DNA from: a virus
Lineage: Duplodnaviria > Heunggongvirae > Uroviricota > Caudoviricetes
Reading direction: 5' to 3' (one strand)
Virus record (IMG/VR): IMGVR_UViG_3300042569_003232
Span: 1 to 64,000 of that record
DNA length: 64,000 nt
Shown one piece after another: positions 37,200 through 47,430 of this stretch. Every line of letters begins with the position of its first letter. Within the stretch, counting starts at the first letter, position 1. Made by a program: the position numbers and the translations under genes. The notes under the pieces are model-generated. The model saw only the letters and a list, made by a program, of their open reading frames with translations. It was not told the DNA's origin and searched no databases.

Positions 37200-38381
37200 A
37201 TGGACTCGCAATATATCACATCAAATAACCGAATAACTATTACAAAATTCGCAGACATCAAGAAATCTCTTCCAATTGGAACATATGCTATAATGTATGA
37301 TCCAATGAGCGGTTATTACTTGGAAAAAAGGGAAGATTTCACTTTCCCAGAAAAAATATACACTTCAACTGAATCTATTGTTGATCGGGTAATTGATACA
37401 TTTCGAAAAATCAATCGGGGTATGGGAGTTCTGTTGAGTGGTCCGAAAGGAACTGGAAAAACTATTGAAGCAAAACAAATTTGTGCAAAAATAGGAATTC
37501 CCGTAATTATTCTTCCCACTGCATATGATGATGATAAGTTTGTACAATTCATTGAAAATATAAACACTACTTCAATTATTTTTATTGACGAGTTTGAAAA
37601 ATTGTATAGTGATGAAAAATCCAGAAATTTCTTCCTTTCTATTATGGATGGAACAAGTAAATCTCGGCATTTATTTTTATTGACTTCTAATGACGTTAAT
37701 ATTGGAAAATATTTTCTTAATCGTCCACAGCGTATTCGTTACAGCAAGAGTTATGACTTTTTAAGCGAAGAAATGATTGATCTTATAGTGCATGATAAAC
37801 TCAAAAATAAAGAAAAATTGAGTATTGTCAGCGATCAATTACTAAAAATTCCTCAATTAAGTATGGATGTTCTAGTGAGTATTTTGGAGGAATGTAATCT
37901 TTATGATGAAATTCCAAGCGACTTTATTAATTTCTTTAATGTTGAACATGAACGTCCAAGTTTTTATAGTCTTGTTTTGCGAAAAACTGGATATTATCTA
38001 AAAAATCCAGAAACTAATATTTATGAAGTTGATGAAAATACTATATCTTCTTTAGAGGATAAACTCGAAATGTTCCTACAAGGCGATACTTCATTAAAAG
38101 AAGAAATTCTTAAATATTATTCGGTGGAAAATCGTGAGTATAAATCGGATTATACAGTAGTTGGTATAAAAATGACTCCGAATGATAAAAATCCAACGAT
38201 TAGTACAGATACTTCATTAATCGGAGATTATAAAACGGAAAAATACGAAAGTATTTATTGGATTCCTGATGAAATAGTCTCATTTAAAGAAAATCGAAAA
38301 GGATTTGAAGCAGTTCACATTAATGGAAGTGTATTAATTGGACGAGTTCGTCCAAGAATGAAACATAACTTTGCTTTCTAA
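37200..38381 (+). CDS. AAA+ family ATPase
   Basis: Walker A LLSGPKGTGKT and Walker B IIFIDEFEK. Confidence 0.6.
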   Translation: MDSQYITSNNRITITKFADIKKSLPIGTYAIMYDPMSGYYLEKREDFTFPEKIYTSTESIVDRVIDTFRKINRGMGVLLSGPKGTGKTIEAKQICAKIGIPVIILPTAYDDDKFVQFIENINTTSIIFIDEFEKLYSDEKSRNFFLSIMDGTSKSRHLFLLTSNDVNIGKYFLNRPQRIRYSKSYDFLSEEMIDLIVHDKLKNKEKLSIVSDQLLKIPQLSMDVLVSILEECNLYDEIPSDFINFFNVEHERPSFYSLVLRKTGYYLKNPETNIYEVDENTISSLEDKLEMFLQGDTSLKEEILKYYSVENREYKSDYTVVGIKMTPNDKNPTISTDTSLIGDYKTEKYESIYWIPDEIVSFKENRKGFEAVHINGSVLIGRVRPRMKHNFAF

Positions 38382-38400
38382 AAAACCCTCTTGACAAGAG

Positions 38401-38438
38401 CGCACTACTGGATATTCTCCAGTAGTGCGTTTCTTTTT
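38401..38438 (+). terminator. rho-independent terminator
   Basis: cgcactactgga-tattc-tccagtagtgcg hairpin followed by tttcttttt, 20 nt after the stop. Confidence 0.65.
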
Positions 38439-38445
38439 ATAAATT

Positions 38446-39366
38446 ATGAATTTTAATAACTGGTCCCTTTGTTGCATTAGTAAATCATTGTCTGATTCTA
38501 AACAGAATTTCAAAACAATGACATTGTCACAATTTAATAAACAATCAAAAATAATTTCTTTAAAAGAACTATGCAGTCGCATCTTACATAATATTGTTCA
38601 TACCCATCGGACTATTCGTTTTTGTCAGGATAATAATATTAGTGGGTATCGGATTTCATCTTCTTTGTTTCCAGTTATAACACATGATTCGGTTAATCTC
38701 TGTATTTCAGAATTGCCTAATTTCTCAGAAATCAAAGCTGAACTAGAACGTATCAAACAAACTATTCAGAAAAAGTTTATTAAATTGTCGGCACATCCAT
38801 CGGAATATATTTCATTGTCTACAAACGATCCAAATATTCTTAAAAACTCCTTTCGTGACTTGGCGCAGCATGCAGAACTCTTTGACCTCTTAGGCTTGCC
38901 CCAAGATTATAGTTGCCCTCTCAACATTCATGTTCGTAAAGACGGTGATCCTAGAGCCATTACAGACAATGTAATGCGCAACTACGAAACTCTACCAGAC
39001 AACGTTCGTAATCGCTTGGTATTGGAGAACAATGACAATCGCAATGGTGTTTGGAGTATTCAAAATCTATTTAAATATTTCTCCGAACCATACAAAATTC
39101 CAATTACATTTGATTATCTTCATCACTCTTTGCTTCCCGGTGATCTTTCTGAAAAAGACGCTTTTCAGCTTGCACATTCCACATGGGGAATGTATACTCC
39201 CCTCTTTCACTATAGTGAAGGAATTGTGGAAAAAAACATGGTAACTAAAAAACATAAAGATTTACCAGATAGTTATCCAACTATCCATAATCCTCATATT
39301 TTTCTTGATGTTGAATTAAAACATAAAGATCAGGCTATTTTTAAACTTCAAAATCACATTCTATAA
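38446..39366 (+). CDS. uvsE: UV-damage endonuclease (UvdE/UvsE family)
   Basis: Colinear blocks HTHRTIRFCQDNNISGYRISSSLFPVITHD, KLSAHPSEYISLS...LNIHV, VLENNDNRNG and TFDYLHH match B. subtilis UvsE ([35 protein letters not shown]...INIHIGG, LENDD, VFDFHH). Confidence 0.75.
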   Translation: MNFNNWSLCCISKSLSDSKQNFKTMTLSQFNKQSKIISLKELCSRILHNIVHTHRTIRFCQDNNISGYRISSSLFPVITHDSVNLCISELPNFSEIKAELERIKQTIQKKFIKLSAHPSEYISLSTNDPNILKNSFRDLAQHAELFDLLGLPQDYSCPLNIHVRKDGDPRAITDNVMRNYETLPDNVRNRLVLENNDNRNGVWSIQNLFKYFSEPYKIPITFDYLHHSLLPGDLSEKDAFQLAHSTWGMYTPLFHYSEGIVEKNMVTKKHKDLPDSYPTIHNPHIFLDVELKHKDQAIFKLQNHIL

Positions 39367-39369
39367 ACT

Positions 39370-40326
39370 ATGATTCATTCTTCGTTACAACACATTGTAG
39401 GTCAGGAAAACGCAAAAAATCTACTTAGTTTGAGTATTTCAAGTGTAGGTCATAATGGTGATTTGATTCAACCGCTTTTGTTTGGGGAAGCAGGATTAGG
39501 AAAAACTGAAATTGCACGCGCATATGGCAATGCAATTGCTGAAGAACTAGGTGTCTCAATGCAGGAATTTGCATCGCCTAATGATTTTCGTCTAATTAAA
39601 GATTTTGATCCAATTCTAGATATTCTATCCAATGAAAAGAAATATGTTTTGTATATTGATGAATGTCATGAATTAGATTTGAAAATGGTTTCTCATGCAA
39701 AATTTCTGGTTTTTCTAAGAAAAGCATTAGATCGTCAAAATGATGGAAAACTGTTGCAAGTGGGAGATACTGTTTTAACGTTTAATCGCAAAAATCAGGT
39801 AATTATTCTTTCCACAAATCATCCAAATAAAGTTGATGCTGCATTGCAATCCAGAATGAATATTATTAATTTGGTAAATTATAATATGAAGGAAATGAAA
39901 GAAATTACCCGATATATTCTTTCTAAAAATAATTTGGAATGTGATTGTGAGCAAACATTGGATCGAATTGCTGCATGTGGACGAGGAACTGCCCGTCCAA
40001 TTACAAATCTAGTTCAAGATGTATTCAATTTAATGAATATAACAACTGTAACAAATGAATTTGCAATGAAAGCATTACAAATGAAAGAAATGTATCCAGC
40101 AGGATTAAAAATTGCAGAAATTAAAGTTTTGGAATTGTGTAGTATTAAACAATATAATAGAATGCAAATCATTTCTGCTATTTCAAATCTTCAAGGTTGT
40201 TTTGGAGAAAGTATTGCATATCTTATTCAAAGAGGATTATTGACGGCAGAAAGCAACGGTTATAAGACTACAGAAAAAGGAAATAAATACATAACTTATA
40301 TTACTAGGGAAGGTTTTTCTTGGTAA
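39370..40326 (+). CDS. RuvB-like AAA+ ATPase
   Basis: Walker A GEAGLGKTEIARA, Walker B LYIDECHEL and a sensor region; 318 aa, similar in size to RuvB. Confidence 0.5.
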   Translation: MIHSSLQHIVGQENAKNLLSLSISSVGHNGDLIQPLLFGEAGLGKTEIARAYGNAIAEELGVSMQEFASPNDFRLIKDFDPILDILSNEKKYVLYIDECHELDLKMVSHAKFLVFLRKALDRQNDGKLLQVGDTVLTFNRKNQVIILSTNHPNKVDAALQSRMNIINLVNYNMKEMKEITRYILSKNNLECDCEQTLDRIAACGRGTARPITNLVQDVFNLMNITTVTNEFAMKALQMKEMYPAGLKIAEIKVLELCSIKQYNRMQIISAISNLQGCFGESIAYLIQRGLLTAESNGYKTTEKGNKYITYITREGFSW

Positions 40327-40710
40327 TTGTTGACAAAATCACTTTTTTCTGTAATATACCTTATGAACTTGAATATAAATCTTAATGTAGACATTGATTT
40401 GTCTGACGAGTATCTTGAATCAAGACTGGATTATTTTATGCAAACCATTAAGACTATTCAAGAAAAGCATAATTTGACTTGCACAGTTCAACCCGTAATC
40501 AAACCAAAAAATTATGAAATTGGTCCATTAGAGCAAGAATATTTGAGAATTTCAGGAAGAACCCGAATGAATCATTCTTATACTCATATGACTCGGGAAG
40601 AACAAGCAGAATATTATTTGAATAGAATGGGCAATAACCATATTAAAACTGATGAAGATCCTGTTGTTCTTCCTATAGAAGAAAATGTTAATTCTGATCC
40701 TTTGAGCTAA
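40327..40710 (+). CDS. hypothetical protein
   Basis: 127-aa ORF. Confidence 0.4.
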   Translation: MLTKSLFSVIYLMNLNINLNVDIDLSDEYLESRLDYFMQTIKTIQEKHNLTCTVQPVIKPKNYEIGPLEQEYLRISGRTRMNHSYTHMTREEQAEYYLNRMGNNHIKTDEDPVVLPIEENVNSDPLS

Positions 40711-40714
40711 AATT

Positions 40715-41131
40715 ATGAACAAGAACTTATTCCGTGTATTTAATAAAGTTAATGGAAAATATCTAAACATTAATAAAAATGAGATGTTTGATATTAATCA
40801 TTGCTTGAATGATGAGAACTATGTTGTGGAACAATTCACTGGATTAGTTGATAAAAACCAATGTAAAATTTTTGAAGGTGATATTGTGAAATATGCTCGT
40901 TATCGTATAGATGTTGATTTGGATGAATACGGTCATGTTGAACGAAATGTTGTAGAAGAGGGTGTAGATGAAGGAGTGATTAAATATTCTGCACCATCTT
41001 TTATTCGTGAAATCTTGTATCAAAAAGTAAAGGGAGAAATGGAAATATCCTTTCTTTCGAAAGAAGTGCTGCCAACTGATTCTCAAAGATTGGAAATAAT
41101 TGGAAATGTTCATCAAAATCATAAAGTATGA
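40715..41131 (+). CDS. YopX-family protein
   Basis: QFTGLVDKNQCKIFEGDIV resembles the YopX core (TGLkDknGkeIyEGDIv). Confidence 0.5.
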   Translation: MNKNLFRVFNKVNGKYLNINKNEMFDINHCLNDENYVVEQFTGLVDKNQCKIFEGDIVKYARYRIDVDLDEYGHVERNVVEEGVDEGVIKYSAPSFIREILYQKVKGEMEISFLSKEVLPTDSQRLEIIGNVHQNHKV

Positions 41132-41394
41132 AAAAGAATGCTTTTTTACCTGAAACTCTTTCTGATGCTGAATTAGATAGCATTTGCCTTTCTGTTGATC
41201 ATTCTTATGGATTACATTTGCCGGACAAGATTAGAGCAGAAATGCCTTTTGTCAGCGGATTTACCGAGCAAGAAAAAAAGGATTTTCAATTTCTTGTAAA
41301 AGAAATGTATTCTGCAATTCGAAAAGAATTCGTCATTTTAGAAAATCCTCAAAATAAAAACAAAAGAACCAAAGAATCTAAACTAAATTTTTAA
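41128..41394 (+). CDS. hypothetical protein
   Basis: 88-aa ORF. Confidence 0.4.
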   Translation: MKKNAFLPETLSDAELDSICLSVDHSYGLHLPDKIRAEMPFVSGFTEQEKKDFQFLVKEMYSAIRKEFVILENPQNKNKRTKESKLNF

Positions 41395-41396
41395 AT

Positions 41397-41729
41397 ATGG
41401 AAAATCTAAATGAACTAGAAAATGCATTGGACAAAATGATGTCCGATCAAACTGAAAAAAGAGTCCGTACCTTTGTTGCTCGCTTCAAAGGTAAAAATAT
41501 TGTAACAAGCAGTGGCAAAAGTTCGTGGAAAGCGGTGAATCATGCAAAAGCAGCAATCCGACTACATTTTTCAGAATTAGAAAATGCATACAAATACGGT
41601 TATGAATTAGGGACAAATTTTTGGAATAGAGTTTATACTAACAAATTTACAATTGAAGAACGCGAACAAAGAGAAAAAGATTTTATGAAAAAACTTTGGG
41701 AATTGATTGAATTTAAAGAACTTGAATAA
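41397..41729 (+). CDS. hypothetical protein
   Basis: 110-aa ORF. Confidence 0.4.
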   Translation: MENLNELENALDKMMSDQTEKRVRTFVARFKGKNIVTSSGKSSWKAVNHAKAAIRLHFSELENAYKYGYELGTNFWNRVYTNKFTIEEREQREKDFMKKLWELIEFKELE

Positions 41730-41737
41730 ATTATATT

Positions 41738-42778
41738 ATGGGCGGAAAATTGCTTAAAAATTGGAATCTTCCAGAAAAAAGATTAGATCCAGATTCTTAT
41801 AAAAGAATTTGTGATCAAGTCACAAATACCCTCATTTCAGACTGTTCTGAAAGTTGGATACATTGTGCTGTTCCTTTGTCTTTGAGAAAAAAGGAATCAC
41901 ATGGAGACATTGATATTTTTGTAAGTGTTTCTTATGCTGAAAACTATTATGGTCAATGGAGAGAACAACCATTCAAAGAGTATATTCATAAAGTATATGG
42001 TTACATTCCTCATCAAAATTCAAATGTATTCTCATTTCCGGTTGAAGATTATCAAATTGATGTAACTTTCGTACCTTGTAATGATTTTGATTCCAGTATC
42101 AATTATGCATCATGGGGGGACACAAGCAATCTATTAGGTAGAATATTTCATAAAATGGGACTGCACTTTGGACACTCCGGATTATCTTTCTGGATTCGTC
42201 AGGGATTGTTCGATAATAACATCAATTGGACTGATAATGATCACATTTATGAAAAATTCATAATTTCCAAAAATCAAGAAGATATCTTGCAATTAGGAGG
42301 ATTTGATTATAATGTTTGGAAAAGTGGTTTTGATACAGAAGAAGATGCATTTCAATTTGTAATTAGTGGTGATTATTTTGATCCTTCACTTTTTGCATTG
42401 GAAAATCTTAATCATATTAATCGGGTTAGAAATAAGAAACGAGGAATGTATATGCGATTTGTGGAATATATCGCAGATAAAGGATTTTCTCCCAAAAAAA
42501 CATTTCTTTCTAAAGAGAATTATTCATTGATTTTCCAAGAAAAATTCCCTTTTCTAAAAGAAGCAATAAATGATTATCGTTTTGAATATCAGAAAACTAA
42601 AATAATTAATGAAAAATTTAATGGTCGTTTGATTATGGAGAAATTTCAGGAAATTTCAGGAATACAAATTGGAAAATTAATGAATAACATTCGTAAAGAA
42701 TATTCAAGAGACAGTCTTTTAACCTTGACGAGTTCCGAAATTAGTGATATAATCCAGAAAGCATACTCAAATCTATGA
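41738..42778 (+). CDS. putative Pol-beta-superfamily nucleotidyltransferase
   Basis: ESHGDIDIFVSV resembles the hG[GS]...DhDh nucleotidyltransferase signature. Weak call. Confidence 0.3.
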   Translation: MGGKLLKNWNLPEKRLDPDSYKRICDQVTNTLISDCSESWIHCAVPLSLRKKESHGDIDIFVSVSYAENYYGQWREQPFKEYIHKVYGYIPHQNSNVFSFPVEDYQIDVTFVPCNDFDSSINYASWGDTSNLLGRIFHKMGLHFGHSGLSFWIRQGLFDNNINWTDNDHIYEKFIISKNQEDILQLGGFDYNVWKSGFDTEEDAFQFVISGDYFDPSLFALENLNHINRVRNKKRGMYMRFVEYIADKGFSPKKTFLSKENYSLIFQEKFPFLKEAINDYRFEYQKTKIINEKFNGRLIMEKFQEISGIQIGKLMNNIRKEYSRDSLLTLTSSEISDIIQKAYSNL

Positions 42779-43137
42779 AATGTCCACATTGCAATAGCAC
42801 TTCGTTGTCTCCATCAGAATTTCAAGTTTTGTTGTTGTCTAATCCTCCACAACTGCAATATATTTGTAATGATTGCGGGGAATATTCCAGTCAATATGAA
42901 TTTTCAGAAAAACATATGAACACTGAATCAGAAGAACCGAAAATTGTTATTGGATCTCACCAATATTCTTTGGAAGAAAGTTATGCAATTGAATTTGCAA
43001 AACGAAAAATTCAAATAATCCGAGATGAGATCTATGATGAGCTTTTTGGTAAATTGAAAACGTATTCTCCGTATGAAGGAAATTATGCAGAAATTCATAA
43101 GCATTTGACTAACCTAATTAAATACATTAATGAATAA
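42775..43137 (+). CDS. hypothetical zinc-ribbon protein
   Basis: CPHCNS...CNDCG near the N-terminus. Confidence 0.4.
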   Translation: MKCPHCNSTSLSPSEFQVLLLSNPPQLQYICNDCGEYSSQYEFSEKHMNTESEEPKIVIGSHQYSLEESYAIEFAKRKIQIIRDEIYDELFGKLKTYSPYEGNYAEIHKHLTNLIKYINE

Positions 43138-43459
43138 AAGTAAAACAATTGCAGACAAGATTGCTGATACAAAAATCTTGCTGGATAAATATCTTCAATC
43201 TAAAAAAGAGCGGGAAGAACTTATAGTTAATACTACATTCGAAAAAATTATTAATGAATTACACTCCCTTTTAAAGAATTATATTGATGATCCATACCAG
43301 ACCATTAATATTGATCTAAGAATTGAGACACCACTACTAGTCAATAATCTTCATTTGGCAGAACTTGTAAAAAGCCGTTGTCAGCAGTATTTTAATTTGG
43401 CTACGATAATATCACAAAATGATGGTGCTGCATTCTATATTATTATAAAAAATGAATAA
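43130..43459 (+). CDS. hypothetical protein
   Basis: 109-aa ORF. Confidence 0.4.
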   Translation: MNKSKTIADKIADTKILLDKYLQSKKEREELIVNTTFEKIINELHSLLKNYIDDPYQTINIDLRIETPLLVNNLHLAELVKSRCQQYFNLATIISQNDGAAFYIIIKNE

Positions 43460-44150
43460 CATTGTTCTATACGGTGATACACATGGTTTTTGGAGTAGAA
43501 TGAGTAATCGCATTCGCCAAAATCACGAAAATTCTTATATTATTCATGTTGGAGATTTTGGAGTAGTGGATGAAGATCGTATTGAAAGTTACTATCTGGA
43601 ATCTCTTCAAAAAGCATTGGAAAAAAAGAATTGTTTTCTTTATGTAATAAGGGGTAATCACGATAATCCGAACCGTTTTCTAAAAACTCATCATCCTTAT
43701 GGGTTTTCCAATATACTCTTTCTTCCAGATTATACCGAACTCAATCTGCTAGGGAAAAAGATTTTACTAGTTGGTGGCGGTATAAGCGTTGATCGGTATA
43801 AGCGAACAGAAGGAGAAGATTATTGGAAGGACGAAAAGTTCAAATTTGATCCAAATTATGAATACATCAATTATGATTTAGTTGTAACACATATTAAACC
43901 AAGAAGTTGTAATTGTAAAAAAGGATACAAAGACATTCAATATCATATTGATCAAGATATAAACTTGTTGAGAGATTTAATCGAAGAATCCGAAGAAGCA
44001 GACAAACTTTATCAAAAAACCAAACCTGCGGATTGGATTTTTGGTCATTATCATCTTAGTTTTACTGAAAAATTCGAAGATACAATTTTCAAATGTTTAA
44101 ATGTTGATGAAGATTATCTATACTATTCTACTAAACCACCTTTCCAATAA
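43452..44150 (+). CDS. calcineurin-like metallophosphoesterase (PPP-type phosphatase)
   Basis: GDTHG, VGDFG(v)D and RGNHDN motifs in canonical order. Confidence 0.75.
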   Translation: MNNIVLYGDTHGFWSRMSNRIRQNHENSYIIHVGDFGVVDEDRIESYYLESLQKALEKKNCFLYVIRGNHDNPNRFLKTHHPYGFSNILFLPDYTELNLLGKKILLVGGGISVDRYKRTEGEDYWKDEKFKFDPNYEYINYDLVVTHIKPRSCNCKKGYKDIQYHIDQDINLLRDLIEESEEADKLYQKTKPADWIFGHYHLSFTEKFEDTIFKCLNVDEDYLYYSTKPPFQ

Positions 44151-44158
44151 CTATATAA

Positions 44159-44668
44159 ATGAGCGAAAATCTTCCTGATATTGAAAAATATAAATCTCTC
44201 ATTGAATTGGATAATATTCGTCTGGAATATTATAAAAAGAATCCTGAATTGATTATAGAATCAACTCCATGGGAAGCAGTTGCAGTTTGTGCTATGTGCT
44301 ATTCCAGAATAGCACTTGATCATAGTTGTCTCCGCCCTGCATCCTTAAATGTAGGTTATACTTCATATAAGGAAAGAATTCCTAAATGCCCGAATTGCAA
44401 ATATCGTTATCCAAAACATTTACGCAATACTTCAAAAGTTAAAGATAAAGATACTGCAATCTTTTTCAGAATTCCCTATTTAATTATACGATGTCGTTCT
44501 CATATCTTAGAGAAAAATATCAGACAGAATTTTTTTGGTAAAATATTAGAAATCACAATAAACAAATTTGATGAAATTCAAATAATTGAGGATCATTCTA
44601 ATATGGAAATCGTGGAAAAAGATTTAGTAGCATCCAATCTAGCATATGACTTAGGACTAAACTTATGA
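44159..44668 (+). CDS. Cys-cluster (zinc-finger-like) protein, paralog of 45833..46327
   Basis: N-terminal IEKYKSLIELDNIRLEYYKKNPELIIES...AVCAMCY...CPNCKYR is shared with 45833..46327. Confidence 0.45.
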   Translation: MSENLPDIEKYKSLIELDNIRLEYYKKNPELIIESTPWEAVAVCAMCYSRIALDHSCLRPASLNVGYTSYKERIPKCPNCKYRYPKHLRNTSKVKDKDTAIFFRIPYLIIRCRSHILEKNIRQNFFGKILEITINKFDEIQIIEDHSNMEIVEKDLVASNLAYDLGLNL

Positions 44669-44782
44669 AAATTATTATCACAATTATCACACTATTTTTT
44701 ATAGTAATCACAGTTCCAGATTATTCTAGGCATAGTCCTAAAATGAACAAGCACTTAAATCAAAAATATATTTGTTAACTAT

Positions 44783-45061
44783 ATGAAACATCTACCGATA
44801 ATCACTGGTATAATGAATGTAATTTTGGCATGTACTGTATGGTTTTTTGCATATCAATTAGAAATTGAAAAACAGAAAAATCAAACAGTTAAAGTAGATG
44901 ATTATGTAAAATGGTTAACAACTCTGCCAACATCACATTTTAGAAATAATATGTTAATTGTTTTTCGGGCAGAGTTTGAGAAAGACAGTAAACTTTTGTT
45001 TTCTATTCTAGAATCTTATAATGAAATGAAAAATGAAGAAAATGAAGAATTGCAGAAGTAA
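44783..45061 (+). CDS. small membrane protein
   Basis: N-terminal hydrophobic helix. Confidence 0.4.
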   Translation: MKHLPIITGIMNVILACTVWFFAYQLEIEKQKNQTVKVDDYVKWLTTLPTSHFRNNMLIVFRAEFEKDSKLLFSILESYNEMKNEENEELQK

Positions 45062-45069
45062 ATATCTGC

Positions 45070-45840
45070 ATGTATAAAATCTTCTTATTCTCTTTACTAT
45101 TCATTTCATCATGTGCATCAGTTAAACCTTTACCAAATGTTCCAAAACATCGAACACCATCAAAAACGGCAAAAGTTTTTTATCCACTAAATAACTGGAG
45201 TATAAATTCTGCAAATGATTTGAAAAATGTTCAAAAACAATTAAATGCAACAATTCTCAAAGACGAAGAAATTACTATTCTTGATTTAAATGGTGGTATT
45301 ATTGATGGAGAAAAACAAAAAGGAGACGGTAGTCAAAACGAAAGTCAAGAACCATTATTCAGAGCAAACATACCATTTGTAATAAAGAATGGCTTTATAA
45401 GAAATAACAAAAATGCGGCCACTTTTGCGGCCAAAAATAGTGGAATAGAAAAGGTAACATTTTTGAATATTGGAGAAGATGCAGTAGCAACGTCTCGAAA
45501 AGCAATAAATTTTTCAGTAAGTGATTGCGAATTTTTAAATAGTAAAAATGGGGATAAAAGTGTGCAACTCAACCAAGCAGAAAATGCAGTAGTGGAGAAA
45601 AACCTAGTTTATGGAGGCATTACTGGTGTAAGAGTTCATGAGAGTTCATGGGCAGATTCCAACACTACTGCATTTTGTGGAGATAACTCTTTTATAGGTG
45701 TTGACACTGCATGGAATGTGAGTAAAGGTGTGTTAATTGTAGAAAAGAAAAATTCTTATAAAAACGTAAGATTGCCATTTAAGGTTAATCAAAACGCAAA
45801 AATTACAAACCCAGACGGAAAAGTCGAAAATAATGAATAA
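45070..45840 (+). CDS. lipoprotein, possible right-handed beta-helix (polysaccharide lyase-like)
   Basis: Lipobox FISSC. Gly/Asn-rich repeats (NGGIIDGEK, VTFLNIGEDAV, LVYGGITGV) suggest a parallel beta-helix. Weak call. Confidence 0.35.
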   Translation: MYKIFLFSLLFISSCASVKPLPNVPKHRTPSKTAKVFYPLNNWSINSANDLKNVQKQLNATILKDEEITILDLNGGIIDGEKQKGDGSQNESQEPLFRANIPFVIKNGFIRNNKNAATFAAKNSGIEKVTFLNIGEDAVATSRKAINFSVSDCEFLNSKNGDKSVQLNQAENAVVEKNLVYGGITGVRVHESSWADSNTTAFCGDNSFIGVDTAWNVSKGVLIVEKKNSYKNVRLPFKVNQNAKITNPDGKVENNE

Positions 45841-46327
45841 TGAACCTACTATTGACAAATACAAATCATTAATTGAAATGGATAATCTTCGTTTGGATTA
45901 TTTTAAGAAAAATCCAGAGTTGATAATCGAATCTAAAGAATGGAGAACATTTGCAGTTTGTGCAAAGTGCTATGCTAAAATTTCGCTAAATCACAATTGT
46001 TTAAATCGTACAGTTCATTATTTTCCATATTATAGAACAGGTTGCCCCGGATGTAAATATCGAAATAACACGTATTTGCTCTCACTGTCTATTGAAAGCA
46101 TTCCAATTCTGGAATATCCAATTCCTCATTTAGTAATTCGTACTCGTACACATGTAATAAATCGAACAAAAAAATCTAAATTTGGTTTTTTTACAAAAAT
46201 TGTAGAAGATTGCGTAATTGAAACAGAAGTTCTGGAAGACAATTCATCTAAAGAAAAACAAATAGAATTAATTGCTAAAATTAAATCTGGAACAGATTTT
46301 ATATTTGAAAAACTGAGATTAACATGA
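45833..46327 (+). CDS. Cys-cluster (zinc-finger-like) protein, paralog of 44159..44668
   Basis: See 44159..44668. Confidence 0.45.
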   Translation: MNNEPTIDKYKSLIEMDNLRLDYFKKNPELIIESKEWRTFAVCAKCYAKISLNHNCLNRTVHYFPYYRTGCPGCKYRNNTYLLSLSIESIPILEYPIPHLVIRTRTHVINRTKKSKFGFFTKIVEDCVIETEVLEDNSSKEKQIELIAKIKSGTDFIFEKLRLT

Positions 46328-46767
46328 AAACCGTTACTAATTTTTCCAGAAAAAATATCAGAGAATACAATCAGAAATTATCTAAAGATAGTGCAATTTG
46401 GATTAGTATTGGAGAACCCGGCGAGGAAAACAGTAAAGTTGTAAATGAGAGTTTGTCAGAAATTCCTCATTTGCATTTGGATTTTTGGGATGTAGTTCAA
46501 CCAATTGAATTCGATGGAGAAATTTTCCATCCTCCGAGTGATGAAGATGCCAGAAAAATCGTTGATTTTATTTTAGAACATAAAGACAAAGATATTTTGG
46601 TAAATTGTGCAGCAGGAGTTAGCCGCAGTGGTGCAATTGCCCAATTCTGTAGTTATGCATTAGCTTATAAGTGGACCGAAAATGGTAAACGAAAAGCTGT
46701 TCCTAATTTTTTATTATACAATAAAATGATTTCATATTATCTTTCAAAAAATGAACCAGAAGTATAA
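46324..46767 (+). CDS. cysteine-based (CX5R) dual-specificity/RNA-phosphatase-like protein
   Basis: VNCAAGVSRSGAI matches the PTP/DSP P-loop signature HCxxGxxRS. Coupled by ATG/stop overlap to the downstream ligase. Confidence 0.6.
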   Translation: MKTVTNFSRKNIREYNQKLSKDSAIWISIGEPGEENSKVVNESLSEIPHLHLDFWDVVQPIEFDGEIFHPPSDEDARKIVDFILEHKDKDILVNCAAGVSRSGAIAQFCSYALAYKWTENGKRKAVPNFLLYNKMISYYLSKNEPEV

Positions 46768-47398
46768 AAAGTATCCACGGACTTTTCATTTTCCATTTTC
46801 AGAAGGAGTAACCAGTGATGATAAAGTTCAACACGATTTAAGTGTATTCAAGGATGAAATCGTGGTTACTAAAAAGATGGATGGGGAAAATACCACAATG
46901 TATAATGATAATATTCATGCTAGAAGCATTGATAGTAAGCATCATCCCTCAAGAGATTACGTCAAGAAATTTCATTCAGAAATAAAACATCACATTCCTG
47001 AGAATTTCAGGATTTGCGGAGAAAATTTATATGCAAAACATAGTATTTTCTACGAAAATCTAGAAAGTTATTTTTTGGTATTTAGTATTTGGGAAGATGA
47101 TGTTTGTTTAAGCTGGGATGATACAATTGAATATTGTGAATTATTAAATCTTAAAACTGTTCCAGTTTTATTCACTGGTCAATGGAAAAAATCACCCGAA
47201 GAATTTCATCTAGAAATGCAAAAAACTTTAGATTTTTCTAAAGATGAAGGTTATGTAGTTAGAAGTCGAAACTGTTTCCATGAAAACGAATTTTCTAAAA
47301 AAGTTATAAAATTTGTCAGAAAAAATCATGTACAAACAAGTTCACATTGGATGACTGAAGAAATTTGTAAAAACCTTCTTGACTGTCCGCAAATCTAA
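46751..47398 (+). CDS. minimal nucleotidyltransferase RNA ligase (PF09414/DraRnl-like)
   Basis: N-terminal KYPRTFHFPFSEG, motif I KMDGEN, motif III ICGENLYAKH, motif IV DEGYVVR and motif V KVIKFVRK. Confidence 0.65.
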   Translation: MNQKYKKYPRTFHFPFSEGVTSDDKVQHDLSVFKDEIVVTKKMDGENTTMYNDNIHARSIDSKHHPSRDYVKKFHSEIKHHIPENFRICGENLYAKHSIFYENLESYFLVFSIWEDDVCLSWDDTIEYCELLNLKTVPVLFTGQWKKSPEEFHLEMQKTLDFSKDEGYVVRSRNCFHENEFSKKVIKFVRKNHVQTSSHWMTEEICKNLLDCPQI

Positions 47399-47430
47399 TG
47401 TAAGTTACCCCCTCAAAGGAGATAAAAATT

